A stretch of 64,000 nt of DNA, taken from a virus (taxonomy: Duplodnaviria; Heunggongvirae; Uroviricota; Caudoviricetes). The notes under the pieces were generated by a model. The model was not told where the DNA came from and did not search any database. It was given only the letters and a program-made list of their open reading frames with translations. The DNA lies in IMG/VR virus record IMGVR_UViG_3300036945_000745. The stretch is one strand, 5' to 3'. The position numbers and the translations under genes are program-made. This document shows positions 27,426 to 37,611 of the stretch, in pieces (position 1 is the first letter of the stretch; the number at the start of each line of letters is the position of its first letter).

Positions 27426-28013
27426 TTATAAACAAGCAATTGCTTTTTCAATATTAGATTCCGAATAACCATACGTTTTAGCTTTCTCAATAGCTTTCTC
27501 TAAGGATAACACACCAAACACATATTCACCAGCGATTAACCCTCTAAGAGTTTTGATTGCCGATGGCCAACTTCCATGCGGAGCGGCGTTGTTACAACTA
27601 ACATACTTAGCGTAAGATTCTATCTTAGTACCATTTTCGGTTACATTACCCTCACCATATTCGTAGATATCTTCCATACCATTGTATTTACCACCTGAAA
27701 GAGAATTAACGAAACCAGCGATTGATTTCCATTCTTTACTATCGTAATCCACATCAGAACCATCAGCGTTACATACATAAACCGAAACCGAATTACCATT
27801 AGCGAATGTTTCTGAACTAGCCCATACCAATAAGTTAGGGAAGTTTTTCTTAACGAATTGTTTTGAGATGGAAGCAACTTCTTTACGTCCGATACGGATG
27901 AAAGGAGTTTCGATTGGCTCACCCCAATAATTTGTAGTGATTAAACAATTAGATGGTACTTCACAAACCATTCCAGCGTAGTTGAATTTCATTTTAGTTT
28001 TCATATCTCTCAT
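27426..28013 (-). CDS. hypothetical protein
   Basis: 195-aa ORF. Confidence 0.5.
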   Translation of the reverse strand: MRDMKTKMKFNYAGMVCEVPSNCLITTNYWGEPIETPFIRIGRKEVASISKQFVKKNFPNLLVWASSETFANGNSVSVYVCNADGSDVDYDSKEWKSIAGFVNSLSGGKYNGMEDIYEYGEGNVTENGTKIESYAKYVSCNNAAPHGSWPSAIKTLRGLIAGEYVFGVLSLEKAIEKAKTYGYSESNIEKAIACL

Positions 28014-28024
28014 TTTTTATTACA

Positions 28025-28062
28025 TAGTAAATATACGAAATAAATTTGGAATTGCCAAATAT
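28025..28062 (-). promoter_or_regulatory. long-form promoter copy
   Basis: Plus-strand gtaaatatacgaaataaatttggaattgccaaata upstream of 27426..28013. Confidence 0.45.
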
Positions 28063-28063
28063 T

Positions 28064-28408
28064 TTACAGAGTATTTTTAATATTTTTTATATGTTTACAC
28101 TCTTTTCCTCTACCCCACCCATATGCCGGGCAACTACAATTCCAAATTCCACCATCATTTAATACATTATATACATTACCCCTACTACCATCTACTTTAT
28201 ATGCTTTTCTAATATAAACTTTTTTAGGTGCACGTCTTACAATAGATGTACTATATGTAGCTTTACGCCACATCCTATTAAGCTCTTCCCATTCGTATTT
28301 CCTATCCACCTTAACCCATCCTAATTTAGAATCGGTAGTTGCTATATACCATTGCCCATCTACTACGGATTGAAAGGAAACTGGTGGTAATAATGAATTT
28401 ATAATCAT
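28064..28408 (-). CDS. SWIM-type zinc-finger protein
   Basis: CSCPAYGWGRGKECKH (CxC-x10-CxH). Confidence 0.45.
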   Translation of the reverse strand: MIINSLLPPVSFQSVVDGQWYIATTDSKLGWVKVDRKYEWEELNRMWRKATYSTSIVRRAPKKVYIRKAYKVDGSRGNVYNVLNDGGIWNCSCPAYGWGRGKECKHIKNIKNTL

Positions 28409-28411
28409 TGT

Positions 28412-28627
28412 TTATCTATATAAGGTTACAAATGAACCAAAGTTTTTATCAAAGACATTTACTGCATTTTCATAATCACCACTCATCATTTCTTTTTGAA
28501 TTTCTGCACTATCCAATCCCAATTGTTTGGCCAAATTTCTAGCAGTTCCAATTAAGAAAAATACATTACCTTGTGGACCTGTAAGGTCGATTTCGATGCC
28601 AGATTTTGTTGATTTAGATTTTATCAT
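28412..28627 (-). CDS. hypothetical protein
   Basis: 71-aa ORF. Confidence 0.4.
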   Translation of the reverse strand: MIKSKSTKSGIEIDLTGPQGNVFFLIGTARNLAKQLGLDSAEIQKEMMSGDYENAVNVFDKNFGSFVTLYR

Positions 28628-28641
28628 TGTTTAAGTTTTAA

Positions 28642-28851
28642 TTAAAAGAAAAATGCGTTCCAAACATACGAAATTGGTACTAAATACCTCTCCCCAATCC
28701 TACTTTCATCGCCTGAACGATATGGAGATTGAACCACTTCAAATGTGCAGGTCTTTTTATTAACCTTTACTAATTTACCACGTAAAGTTGGCGATTGATT
28801 TTGTGATGTATCCCAACCAATTTTTGTTTTTAATTCCTCTATTTTAGTCAT
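28642..28851 (-). CDS. hypothetical protein
   Basis: 69-aa ORF. Confidence 0.4.
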   Translation of the reverse strand: MTKIEELKTKIGWDTSQNQSPTLRGKLVKVNKKTCTFEVVQSPYRSGDESRIGERYLVPISYVWNAFFF

Positions 28852-28870
28852 AACTTTTATTTTTTAAAGA

Positions 28871-29251
28871 TTAAAGATATTCAGGACCATAAACACCAAA
28901 GCGGGCACTACCATCGATAATGTTTCCTCTCGCATGCTTTGCCGGAGCTTTCCAAGTTGCCGGTTTTAATAAATCACCTTTCTTAATTGGAGCACCTTTT
29001 AGTACATCATCAACTCTACTGATGAATCCCCAACACATTGTACCATCCCATAAACGAATGAATTTGTTTCCGATTTCAACCGTCAACTCTTTCCATTGAC
29101 TTAACGTATCAGATTTAACGTAATAATCTTTACGTTCAGCGTTTACTTTTTCAACGAATGTTTTAACGATTGGGTTAGCTTCTAAATAATCGATAGCTTT
29201 TTGATTTGTAGTTCTCATAACTAATTTGGTTTTATTATTAATGTCTCTCAT
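28871..29251 (-). CDS. hypothetical protein
   Basis: 126-aa ORF. Confidence 0.45.
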   Translation of the reverse strand: MRDINNKTKLVMRTTNQKAIDYLEANPIVKTFVEKVNAERKDYYVKSDTLSQWKELTVEIGNKFIRLWDGTMCWGFISRVDDVLKGAPIKKGDLLKPATWKAPAKHARGNIIDGSARFGVYGPEYL

Positions 29252-29266
29252 TTACTTAGTAAATAT

Positions 29267-29293
29267 ACGAAGAATAATCGGTATTGCCAAATA
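29267..29293 (-). promoter_or_regulatory. long-form promoter copy (about 35 nt shared with the 31569 copy)
   Basis: Plus-strand taatgtctctcatttacttagtaaatatacgaagaataatcggtattgccaaata. Confidence 0.45.
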
Positions 29294-29507
29294 TTTTATC
29301 AATTATTTTTGGAAAATTGAAAATATTTTCATAGGCTGTTTAGATATAAGGGGTCTAAAACGTACATAAACCCCCCAAATTACCCCTAAAATGCCCCAAT
29401 AAGGTACTAACTCCGCCTAACGTATTATAGCGGTTTATATACACAAAGTGTTGAAAACCAATAAGTTATAACTCATTGATAATCAACGGGTTACATATTA
29501 TAATATT

Positions 29508-29972
29508 TTAATAGTATTTTTCTACCCAATTATGAATATTAGCAATTCTAACCACATACTTACCATTGGTAGTTTTTGCTAAATACCTTTGTGTTATACG
29601 ATTCTTATAAGGTATAATTAAGTTCCTCAAACAATAAGCGAAAGTATTAGAACCATTTAGAGATTTATAGTATTCCTGTATCTCTTTATGAGTTGCCGAA
29701 ACATTTTCTTCTACATAATCTAAAATCGATTGAGCTGTTCCTTCTCCTAATTTTTTAGGAGCTGATGGAGTATGTTTCAAATTTTTGATGATGATTCCAT
29801 TAATATTTGCATCAACTTCCTCAACAACTTCGGATACAATTTTACGACTTAATTCATCATATAATCTATCCAATAAAGAAGCGTTTAATTCCTTATCACA
29901 TAGCATACCTTTAGTGGCGGTAGTACCTAACGAATAGATGAGTTCGTTTAACTCTTTGATAGTAAAATTCAT
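29508..29972 (-). CDS. hypothetical protein
   Basis: 154-aa ORF. Confidence 0.45.
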   Translation of the reverse strand: MNFTIKELNELIYSLGTTATKGMLCDKELNASLLDRLYDELSRKIVSEVVEEVDANINGIIIKNLKHTPSAPKKLGEGTAQSILDYVEENVSATHKEIQEYYKSLNGSNTFAYCLRNLIIPYKNRITQRYLAKTTNGKYVVRIANIHNWVEKYY

Positions 29973-29973
29973 A

Positions 29974-30444
29974 TTAATATTGATTTATTGGGTGATAAAT
30001 GGTTTCTCCGTTACTGAATCGAGCGGTTACTCCTAATGGTTGCGAATATTGTTCAAAGATATCTTCAATGAACTCTATATAATCATTTGAAATTCGTAAT
30101 ACATTAGCATCATCGGCATATTCATCATCTTGGTATCCATTAACATACAAACTAACGTGCCAATCTAAATTACAACCTTCATAGTAACCACTACGAATAA
30201 CAGGCGTAACGTATATCTCAACCTCATCATCGTCAATCGTTACCGAATTACTGAATGAACCTAATGATTTGGATGGAAACGACCTCAATTCGTTTGGGTC
30301 GGTTTTACCATAATCGGAAAAATCTTTGTGAGTATTGAACTCACTTTCTAAGTTATCTACTAAATCATCGTAAGCCCATTCATCTTCTAATTGAACGGCG
30401 AATATGTTAGTAGCATTTACATTGTGGAAATTTGAAGTAGCCAT
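29974..30444 (-). CDS. highly acidic protein (possible DNA mimic)
   Basis: 156 aa, dense Asp/Glu patches (DDDEVEIY, DDEYADDAN). Confidence 0.4.
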   Translation of the reverse strand: MATSNFHNVNATNIFAVQLEDEWAYDDLVDNLESEFNTHKDFSDYGKTDPNELRSFPSKSLGSFSNSVTIDDDEVEIYVTPVIRSGYYEGCNLDWHVSLYVNGYQDDEYADDANVLRISNDYIEFIEDIFEQYSQPLGVTARFSNGETIYHPINQY

Positions 30445-30597
30445 AGTTATTTTGTTTTAGATTTGATTGAATAAAATTTATCAGTTTCAGCTTTAGCCTT
30501 TGTAAGTTTCTTTTTAAATTCAGCTTTCTTACCGCTGAATAACAATTCTAATGATTCCATCATTAAAATACGATGTTTAGGTAATTTACTCATATGT

Positions 30598-30825
30598 TTA
30601 GTTTAACCATAAATTGTAAATATAATCATAACTCACATTTAGGGTCTCTGCCAGTTTTTCAAACAATCGTTCTCTAACAATACTATCACTAACACCAATG
30701 TATCTATACACATCACCATCAACAATCAGTTGATTTAATAAACCAGGAAACGTTGGGGTTTCGTTAAGTTCTAATCCCAATTCATCGGTTGGGTAAGCCT
30801 CTAAATAAAATTCTCTAATTTTCAT
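30598..30825 (-). CDS. hypothetical protein
   Basis: 75-aa ORF. Confidence 0.4.
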   Translation of the reverse strand: MKIREFYLEAYPTDELGLELNETPTFPGLLNQLIVDGDVYRYIGVSDSIVRERLFEKLAETLNVSYDYIYNLWLN

Positions 30826-30850
30826 ATCTTTTAAGTTTTAAGTTTAATAA

Positions 30851-31210
30851 TTACAATCCCTGCTCTCTGCGTAAATCGTATTCTTCTTTCTCATACTCCG
30901 AATACTCTACCACTTTAAGGTAAGGTTTAAAATCGGTTTGGTAGTAACCATTAAGGTTAGCCAAACTAATCATTGAATCAACGAATGATTTACGAACGTA
31001 AGTCATATCAGATGAACCAAATCCCTGGTCTTCGGGCCAATCTGAATAATCTTCGGCTACATCATTCAATGCCTCATATACGGCATCCGAATAAGTGATA
31101 ACACGTTTAGTAAAACGTCCCTCAACAGGGAAGGCGTTTCTAACTACATCGAACCCTTCTATTAAAGAAGCGGTTGCTAATACTGAATTAAGGTTAAATG
31201 GTAAACTCAT
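30851..31210 (-). CDS. hypothetical protein
   Basis: 119-aa ORF. Confidence 0.45.
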   Translation of the reverse strand: MSLPFNLNSVLATASLIEGFDVVRNAFPVEGRFTKRVITYSDAVYEALNDVAEDYSDWPEDQGFGSSDMTYVRKSFVDSMISLANLNGYYQTDFKPYLKVVEYSEYEKEEYDLRREQGL

Positions 31211-31232
31211 ATCTTTTAAATTTTAAGGTTAA

Positions 31233-31583
31233 TTATTTGTTATCGTTGATATTTCCGTAATGATTCATTATCATCATTAACACATTAAGATAGTGTAAGA
31301 ATTGTTCACTCTTTGTACCATCTATCATTTTAATAGTACATACATTCCATATTTCCATTCCACTACCTCTATCTACATCAAATGGAACTTCACCATCGGT
31401 TTCCCAATTTGGGGTAGCTAATATAGTAATATCGTTTTTCTCATCTCTCCATTCCAACGTACCACTCATACTATCTATACTCCCTTTAAAACTACCGATT
31501 TCTGAAATTTCACTTAGAATTTCCTCCGAACTAATGTAACTTTTACTCATTTTTGATTGATTTTGATTATTAATGTCTCTCAT
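31233..31583 (-). CDS. hypothetical protein
   Basis: 116-aa ORF. Confidence 0.45.
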   Translation of the reverse strand: MRDINNQNQSKMSKSYISSEEILSEISEIGSFKGSIDSMSGTLEWRDEKNDITILATPNWETDGEVPFDVDRGSGMEIWNVCTIKMIDGTKSEQFLHYLNVLMMIMNHYGNINDNK

Positions 31584-31590
31584 TTACTTA

Positions 31591-31620
31591 GTAAATATAC
31601 GAAAAAAGATTGGATTGCAC
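31591..31620 (-). promoter_or_regulatory. long-form promoter variant
   Basis: Plus-strand taatgtctctcatttacttagtaaatatacgaaaaaagattgg. Confidence 0.4.
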
Positions 31621-31774
31621 AAGCTTTTTACCAAAATATTTGTAAAATTCAAAAATTTTTTATAGAAAACCAACCCGTTACATATAGAAAAAACCTTAAT
31701 ATAAGGCAAAAAAATAACCCATTGGTTATCAATGAGTTATAATGCGTTAAAAATCAATAAGTTAGCGAGATACC

Positions 31775-32335
31775 CTATTTCCAATGGTTATTATCCCTTT
31801 CCCACCAAAAAGTAAGGTCCTGAATCGAATCATCATAGAAGTTGCCCACAAAATCGGATTTGAACTCACTTCCCAAATTCTCATATACAGTCAATGTAAA
31901 TATCTTACCGTCGTAACCTAAAATGTTTTTCATCCATTCGGTAACGTATTTATAATTACTTCCCCTTATTACCCCAGCTTCCACCAATATAGGGATTTTT
32001 CCTTTTAGGAGGTGTTTGTGGGTTTGAAAGGCGGTTCTCATTTCGAATTCATATCTATCATCCCATTTCTCATCGGGGTAAGGAACATCGATACCAAACC
32101 CATCACATATTTCACCACCCGATGTGAGATGATGTCGTAGGATTTGAGCGGCAATAGATGAATAATCCGTAGATACCGTTATAATGATAGAATTCGAAGA
32201 ATCCAATCCGGCCTCCAACAACTCATCACCCAATGTATCGATAAGCTCGAACTCTTCGGTACGAGATACAAATCTTATTTCTCTTTTCATATCACTATTG
32301 GTTTCGTTCCAACATACATTTCCAACATATCCCAT
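31775..32335 (-). CDS. hypothetical protein
   Basis: 186-aa ORF. Confidence 0.45.
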   Translation of the reverse strand: MGYVGNVCWNETNSDMKREIRFVSRTEEFELIDTLGDELLEAGLDSSNSIIITVSTDYSSIAAQILRHHLTSGGEICDGFGIDVPYPDEKWDDRYEFEMRTAFQTHKHLLKGKIPILVEAGVIRGSNYKYVTEWMKNILGYDGKIFTLTVYENLGSEFKSDFVGNFYDDSIQDLTFWWERDNNHWK

Positions 32336-32389
32336 CCGCTCCGATTATCGAAGCGCACTTAGGGCAAATATCTCCTTGCTGCATAACTA

Positions 32390-32821
32390 TCAAAAATTTT
32401 TGGGTTTACGACTGCGTTTCCCCCAGCCCCCCGTCCATTGTCCGGCTCCTGCTGAAACGAAATCTTCACCATTTCTATCTAACATAATCCAATTAGCTGA
32501 TTCCAACTGAAACCAACTATTTAATTCTTCTAATACTTCTTCTGCCGTAAAACACGAACAACTATATAAATCAAACTGAAACATCGATGGATTTTGTGCA
32601 TCCCAAACGTGTATCGATGAGTGCGATGTTGCCAACGTTACTGTTCCCGTAATTCCTTCATTACCTACCTCATTCACATACACCGATGTGGGGCCGGCAA
32701 CTACTACCATTCTAACTTTATTTACTAAACTTTTGAAAAATTCATTCAAACGAGCCTCTTCTTTTGGTGGGTTGCTCATATACCCCTTTACTAATAGATG
32801 CAGATGATTTGGTACAAACAC
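32390..32821 (-). CDS. S-adenosylmethionine decarboxylase-like proenzyme (SpeD/SpeH class)
   Basis: HLHLLVKGY...GITGTVTLATSHSSIHVWD...FDLYSC parallels the GxHhhhEhYGC...SESHhTIHTWPE...VDVFTC pattern, with the processing Ser in TSH. Confidence 0.55.
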   Translation of the reverse strand: MFVPNHLHLLVKGYMSNPPKEEARLNEFFKSLVNKVRMVVVAGPTSVYVNEVGNEGITGTVTLATSHSSIHVWDAQNPSMFQFDLYSCSCFTAEEVLEELNSWFQLESANWIMLDRNGEDFVSAGAGQWTGGWGKRSRKPKNF

Positions 32822-32837
32822 TACTTTTAATTTTATT

Positions 32838-33437
32838 TTATTGGTGGTCGGATGGTGGGCAAACCATTTCTAGCTCATCCCACTTATATTTAGGTTTTTC
32901 ATTTAAGAATACATAACACTTCCATTTCTTTTGTGTTTCGAAATAGATATGCTTTTGTAATACCAATGGAATTGCTGCTCCGGATGGTACTCTCTTTGGA
33001 TTTTTATCGAATATAGTTTTAATGATTACTGTTAAGTTTTCAGTATCATCCCATTTTCTTTCTTGCTCTTCTAATAATCTCCATTCACCTCTATTAAGAT
33101 ATTGGTCTTGCATTATACAATTCAAATACGAAAACGTTTGTTTAAGGTTTTCCATATTATCAGAAAATGATGCAGCAGGTGCTCCATGTCCTTTATCGTA
33201 TATGTTTGATTTGTAATCAGCCGCATCCGATGTTTTAATATTTACTTCTTTGTAAAAATCCATAGAACCTCTATTTACTTTTGTAGGTCTATTTATATCT
33301 CTATATAGTATTCGTAATGGTTGCTCCAATTGTTGAGAATACAATACCTCAAATACATTGTTTTTAACTTTGATATCTTGTCCGAATCCTGATAACGTTA
33401 CACTTATAAAAGTAATAACCGATAATAATTGTTTCAT
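32838..33437 (-). CDS. secreted non-specific DNA/RNA endonuclease (Serratia/EndoG family)
   Basis: Signal peptide; active-site-like NIYDKGHGAPAASF (DRGH motif). Confidence 0.55.
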   Translation of the reverse strand: MKQLLSVITFISVTLSGFGQDIKVKNNVFEVLYSQQLEQPLRILYRDINRPTKVNRGSMDFYKEVNIKTSDAADYKSNIYDKGHGAPAASFSDNMENLKQTFSYLNCIMQDQYLNRGEWRLLEEQERKWDDTENLTVIIKTIFDKNPKRVPSGAAIPLVLQKHIYFETQKKWKCYVFLNEKPKYKWDELEMVCPPSDHQ

Positions 33438-33691
33438 TTAATAGTTGCTTATTTTAAGTATATATATAATTTTGTATAATTTAAAGGACTTTCATCAAAT
33501 TATTGGGAAAGTACTATTTTTCTTTCTTTTTTAACATTTAAGTCGATATATATATTAAAATAATATAATATGATAAACTTAATAATAGCAATCCTTTTAA
33601 TGTGTGGCTCTTTAGGAGCAGTAATTTCAAAAACAACAAAAGAGTATGGTTTCAGAAAACAAAGAGAACATACTGAACCTTTAAAATTAGA

Positions 33692-35104
33692 TTAAAGCAC
33701 CATTCTACTTCCTATTAAGAAGTTACTTAGAAATTGAGAATTAGGTGTCGTATTTCCACTTAGTTTATAATTGAAACTGAATCCAAATCTTCTACTTATT
33801 TTATAATCAAATGATGCACCTAATAAGAAACCCATATGTCTATTTACAGTTGACATTCCGGTTACACTATTCCAACCAATTGGTGCAAACATTGTAAATA
33901 TTTGTGGAGATATTGTTAGCTTTTTAGAATACTGATATGGTTTAGTCCAAAATGCTACCATTGATGATGACATATTGTAATCATATTTAGTATCGGATGA
34001 TTTTAAGAATAAATTAATTACTGCCAAATTATAGCCAAATACACCTCTCTTTGGAGTAGGCTTAATCCAAGTGTAACCCAATAAATTCATATAATTACCA
34101 TTCAGATATGCAAATGCGGATGAATATGAATGTATGGCATTTAGTTTACCTTCTGAAAAGTCCATTTGAGTATATCCACCACTTACTATGAATGTTTTCA
34201 AATCACTCATAATAACAGCATTTGCCGAATAACTTTCATCTCCAGCCATTGATGATTTAGATACCCCAATTGTTGCTGATTGTAAAAATCTACCATCGGG
34301 TGATTCTATTGTAGATAAGTCGGATGATAATAGCATTGGATTAGCTACCACTGCTTTTTCTTTTTTCTTTTCTTCCTTCTTCTCCTCTTTCTTTTCTTCT
34401 TTTTTCTCTTCAGATTTGCTTTCCTCTTTCTTTTCTTCTTTTGATTCAGATTTAGCTTCTTCTTTCTTTTCTTCACTCTTACTTTCAGATTTACTTTCTG
34501 ATTTTGATTCGGATTTGGATTCAGTTTTAGCTTCAGTCTTTGCTTCGGTTTTGCTTTCCGAAGATGATGATGAGCTAGAAGATGAACTACTATTCGATGA
34601 TGAGGATGATGATGAACTATTACTCGCCGGTGGCGGGGATGATGCCGGCGGAGGTGTTGTTGGCGGTGGTGTTGATGCGGCTGAACTCGCAGCTGCTGAA
34701 CTAGCTGAACTACTTGCTGCCGAACTAGCCGATGATGATGCCGCTGAACTAGCTGCAGATGATGCCGCTGTTGCTGCCGCATTACTAGCGGCTGTTGCTG
34801 CCGCATTTGCTACCGCTTGTTGTACAATTGGATTATTTATTACGGGACAAGTTAATGATTCGTATGTAGCCTTTGTTGTTATTAACCAAGTTTGTACTAT
34901 ACCCGTCTGAACTTCTAATGGAGAAAATACTCGTGTTTGATTATAAAAGGATACAGTTGCATATCCATTAATCATTGTAGTTGTAGCTATTTTAGTTTCA
35001 CCTGTACACTTATCTACGAAAGTTTGTGTATAGGTTTGCCCATTCGCATTTTCAGCAAATAATGTAGTAACAATTATCGTTAAAAATACTAGCCATTTAT
35101 TCAT
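33692..35104 (-). CDS. secreted repeat protein: Ser/Ala and SESK/EEKK low-complexity arrays plus a C-terminal beta-barrel-like domain paralogous to 40345..41112
   Basis: Signal peptide MNKWLVFLTIIVTTLFAENANGQ. Poly-(SSAA), PPPTTPPPASSPPPAS, (SESK)n and (EEKK)n runs. C-terminal ...GASFDYKISRRFGFSFNYKLSGNTTPNSQFLSNFLIGSRMVL. Confidence 0.5.
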   Translation of the reverse strand: MNKWLVFLTIIVTTLFAENANGQTYTQTFVDKCTGETKIATTTMINGYATVSFYNQTRVFSPLEVQTGIVQTWLITTKATYESLTCPVINNPIVQQAVANAAATAASNAAATAASSAASSAASSSASSAASSSASSAAASSAASTPPPTTPPPASSPPPASNSSSSSSSSNSSSSSSSSSSSESKTEAKTEAKTESKSESKSESKSESKSEEKKEEAKSESKEEKKEESKSEEKKEEKKEEKKEEKKKEKAVVANPMLLSSDLSTIESPDGRFLQSATIGVSKSSMAGDESYSANAVIMSDLKTFIVSGGYTQMDFSEGKLNAIHSYSSAFAYLNGNYMNLLGYTWIKPTPKRGVFGYNLAVINLFLKSSDTKYDYNMSSSMVAFWTKPYQYSKKLTISPQIFTMFAPIGWNSVTGMSTVNRHMGFLLGASFDYKISRRFGFSFNYKLSGNTTPNSQFLSNFLIGSRMVL

Positions 35105-35286
35105 TATACATTTCCATCCAATACATTAGATACCGCAACATATGTATGTCTTACGAACATCAAACATATAATGCCTATTATTACCGATAATGTTTCGTTT
35201 GGAAACTTATAAAGTATATATCCAAATCCACTTACTATTAATAGTATAACGATTGTCAATAAAACCGATGATAATTTTTTATTCAT
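35104..35286 (-). CDS. small membrane protein
   Basis: Two hydrophobic helices in 60 aa. Confidence 0.4.
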   Translation of the reverse strand: MNKKLSSVLLTIVILLIVSGFGYILYKFPNETLSVIIGIICLMFVRHTYVAVSNVLDGNV

Positions 35287-35312
35287 AATTTAGTTTTATA
35301 TAAATATATCAT

Positions 35313-36128
35313 TTATTCAATCTCCGATAATTTAAATTGTATTTTTGGAATATATTCAGTTGGTAACATATTAACATATCCGATAAATTCTGAAAATTCT
35401 TTATCAAATCTATAATGCATATACAATTTATCTAAATTAACTAAAATTTGTCCGGTTGTAAATATATCATATTCACTCTTTCTTCTGTATGGATTTAGAA
35501 AATTATTAGTAGTATATTGAGTTGATAACGTATTTAGAGCATCATTTACCTTTTCCACTTTTTCCAATTCTCGTTTAGAAATATCCAATCTACTTATTGA
35601 TGATTTCTTCTTTATACCATTACGATATCCTGCTTCTGGATGGAATATTCCGTGATTGGTTCTAACTATTAATTCGGATTTGTTTAATTCCTTTACAAAT
35701 GGTTGATGTTTACGAGTTCCTTCATATACATATTTTTTTTCCGAATTAGCTATAATAGTAATTCCTTTTAATCCATCATGTAATTTGTTTTTGGAAGTAT
35801 AGTTAGTTAAGTAACTCAATGTATCATCGATGTTTTTGATTGTCAATGCATGTCTTATCTTTACACCATCATTTGATATTGTATTTTTTCTTTTTTTAAC
35901 AACAACGCCTTCCGTTTCATCTTGCGCCACCATCAAAGTTGCATTGGTTATTCCAATACCAAATTCATTTAATCCTTCAGACCAGTCGGTGCCGGTATCA
36001 TGCATATAAAGAACTTCAACACCATCTCGTATCTCGTGAACTACTCTAACAAATGCTTTATACTTTCTATCTCTATTTTTAATTAAAACGGATTCATTCT
36101 CTAAATATAGAGATGCTATTACACACAT
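35313..36128 (-). CDS. Ntn-hydrolase-like protein (N-terminal Cys nucleophile)
   Basis: Begins MCVIASLY...NRDRK, as in choloylglycine-hydrolase/C59-type amidases; weak. Confidence 0.35.
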   Translation of the reverse strand: MCVIASLYLENESVLIKNRDRKYKAFVRVVHEIRDGVEVLYMHDTGTDWSEGLNEFGIGITNATLMVAQDETEGVVVKKRKNTISNDGVKIRHALTIKNIDDTLSYLTNYTSKNKLHDGLKGITIIANSEKKYVYEGTRKHQPFVKELNKSELIVRTNHGIFHPEAGYRNGIKKKSSISRLDISKRELEKVEKVNDALNTLSTQYTTNNFLNPYRRKSEYDIFTTGQILVNLDKLYMHYRFDKEFSEFIGYVNMLPTEYIPKIQFKLSEIE

Positions 36129-36134
36129 TATTTT

Positions 36135-36914
36135 TTATTTTTTATATAAACTAATTTTACTATCGGAATCAATTAAAATAGAACTCATATTCTCTACCCA
36201 ATCCCCACTATTAAGATATCTCTTACCATTAATCATTCTATCGGATGGTTGGTGAATATGTCCACAAATTACACCATTGCATCCTTTTTTGGTTGCCATC
36301 GATAACGCAGTTACTTCAAAATCATTTACATAATTAGTTGCAACCTTAACACTTTCCTTAATCTTTTGGGATATAGATATATATGGCAATTTTCGCCATT
36401 TACGATAAGTATTATAAATTCTATTTAACCACAATGCGAAATCGTATCCTACTGAACCTATTTTCGATAGCCATTTGTATTTTGTTATAAAAACATCAAT
36501 AACATCTCCGTGGAAAATATAGTAACTCTCCATAGTATTATCGATATCCAACTTATAATCTTCTCTAATTTCAATTGCTCCCAAATGGGTGCCAATGAAT
36601 TCTTGTATAAACTCATCGTGATTTCCTCTTATCCAGATGATTTTGGTTTTCTTTGATAATTTTAATAATTTGGATATAACTTTTGTATGTTGTTTTTTCC
36701 ATTTAGTTCCTCTACTCAAAGCCCATCCATCTACAATATCTCCATTTAGAATTAGTAAATCAGTTGGATGTGAATCTAAGAATTCAATAAACTCTTCTGC
36801 TTTAGAATCTTTAGTTCCTAAATGTAAATCGGATACGATTATTGTTTGATATTTCATATCCAATAATTTTGATGGTTTTTGAAGAAGTCTGTGTTGTTTC
36901 GGTTGATGTAGCAT
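36135..36914 (-). CDS. LpxH-like calcineurin-type phosphoesterase
   Basis: IIVSDLHLG, LNGDIVDGW, RGNHDEF and IFHGD motifs. Confidence 0.55.
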   Translation of the reverse strand: MLHQPKQHRLLQKPSKLLDMKYQTIIVSDLHLGTKDSKAEEFIEFLDSHPTDLLILNGDIVDGWALSRGTKWKKQHTKVISKLLKLSKKTKIIWIRGNHDEFIQEFIGTHLGAIEIREDYKLDIDNTMESYYIFHGDVIDVFITKYKWLSKIGSVGYDFALWLNRIYNTYRKWRKLPYISISQKIKESVKVATNYVNDFEVTALSMATKKGCNGVICGHIHQPSDRMINGKRYLNSGDWVENMSSILIDSDSKISLYKK

Positions 36915-37549
36915 TTGATACTTAATATAAACATATAAAAAAATCCTTTATTCTTAAATCTTCTCGCAGATGTCCATACGCCGTTTGTTTTGTGTATTTT
37001 CATTACCTCTGCTTTTTGTGATACCCAATAATCTTCTGCAAATAAATGTGTTTCATCATAACCACCTGCTTTCCAATATGATTCAGTTTTCCACAATTGA
37101 AATCCACCAACTGCAAATGGAGTTCCTACCCAATTACTCATCCGTTGTTGAATATCGAATAATCTGAATATCCAATTGAATCCCTTTTCGGTTTGGAATG
37201 GAACAGTCGCCAAATCCGTATCATATGATAAACAATCACCTAATAAGAATCTATCTTCTAACATTATATCCGCATCTAAAAAAAGAATATAAGGAGTGGT
37301 TACTAATTTACTACCATCCAATCTAGCCTTCGCAGGAAATCCACCTTCTATTATTTGAATATCTAATTTATTTCTAAAATGTAATTGAGTTTTATACAAC
37401 CATTTTAAACTTTCAGCTGTATCCGAAGTGTCTGCTATAATAACTTTAGTTTCATTTATACCAATTTGTTTGGCTATAAGTGAAATACATTTATAAATGT
37501 TATCCTCTTCATTTTTGCAAGGAATAACGATAGTTATTTTTTCTTTCAT
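36854..37549 (-). CDS. family-2 glycosyltransferase
   Basis: ITIVIPCKNEEDNI ... ILFLDADIML (DxD). Confidence 0.6.
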   Translation of the reverse strand: MKEKITIVIPCKNEEDNIYKCISLIAKQIGINETKVIIADTSDTAESLKWLYKTQLHFRNKLDIQIIEGGFPAKARLDGSKLVTTPYILFLDADIMLEDRFLLGDCLSYDTDLATVPFQTEKGFNWIFRLFDIQQRMSNWVGTPFAVGGFQLWKTESYWKAGGYDETHLFAEDYWVSQKAEVMKIHKTNGVWTSARRFKNKGFFYMFILSIKCYINRNNTDFFKNHQNYWI

Positions 37550-37554
37550 ACCAA

Positions 37555-37584
37555 TAAATAAAAAACCCTCATATAATGTGAGGG
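37555..37584 (-). terminator. intrinsic terminator after the CsgG-like gene
   Basis: Minus-strand CCCUCACAUUAUAUGAGGG followed by UUUUUUAUU. Confidence 0.5.
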
Positions 37585-37611
37585 TTTCAATGTTAATAAA
37601 TCATTAACATA

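Noticed and set aside
34345-34910. Plus- and minus-strand ORFs of 153 and 164 aa full of R/K/Q/H or D/E/L/S runs
   Set aside because: They are alternative-frame or antisense translations of the SESK/EEKK/SSAA low-complexity DNA inside 33692..35104, with no independent support.
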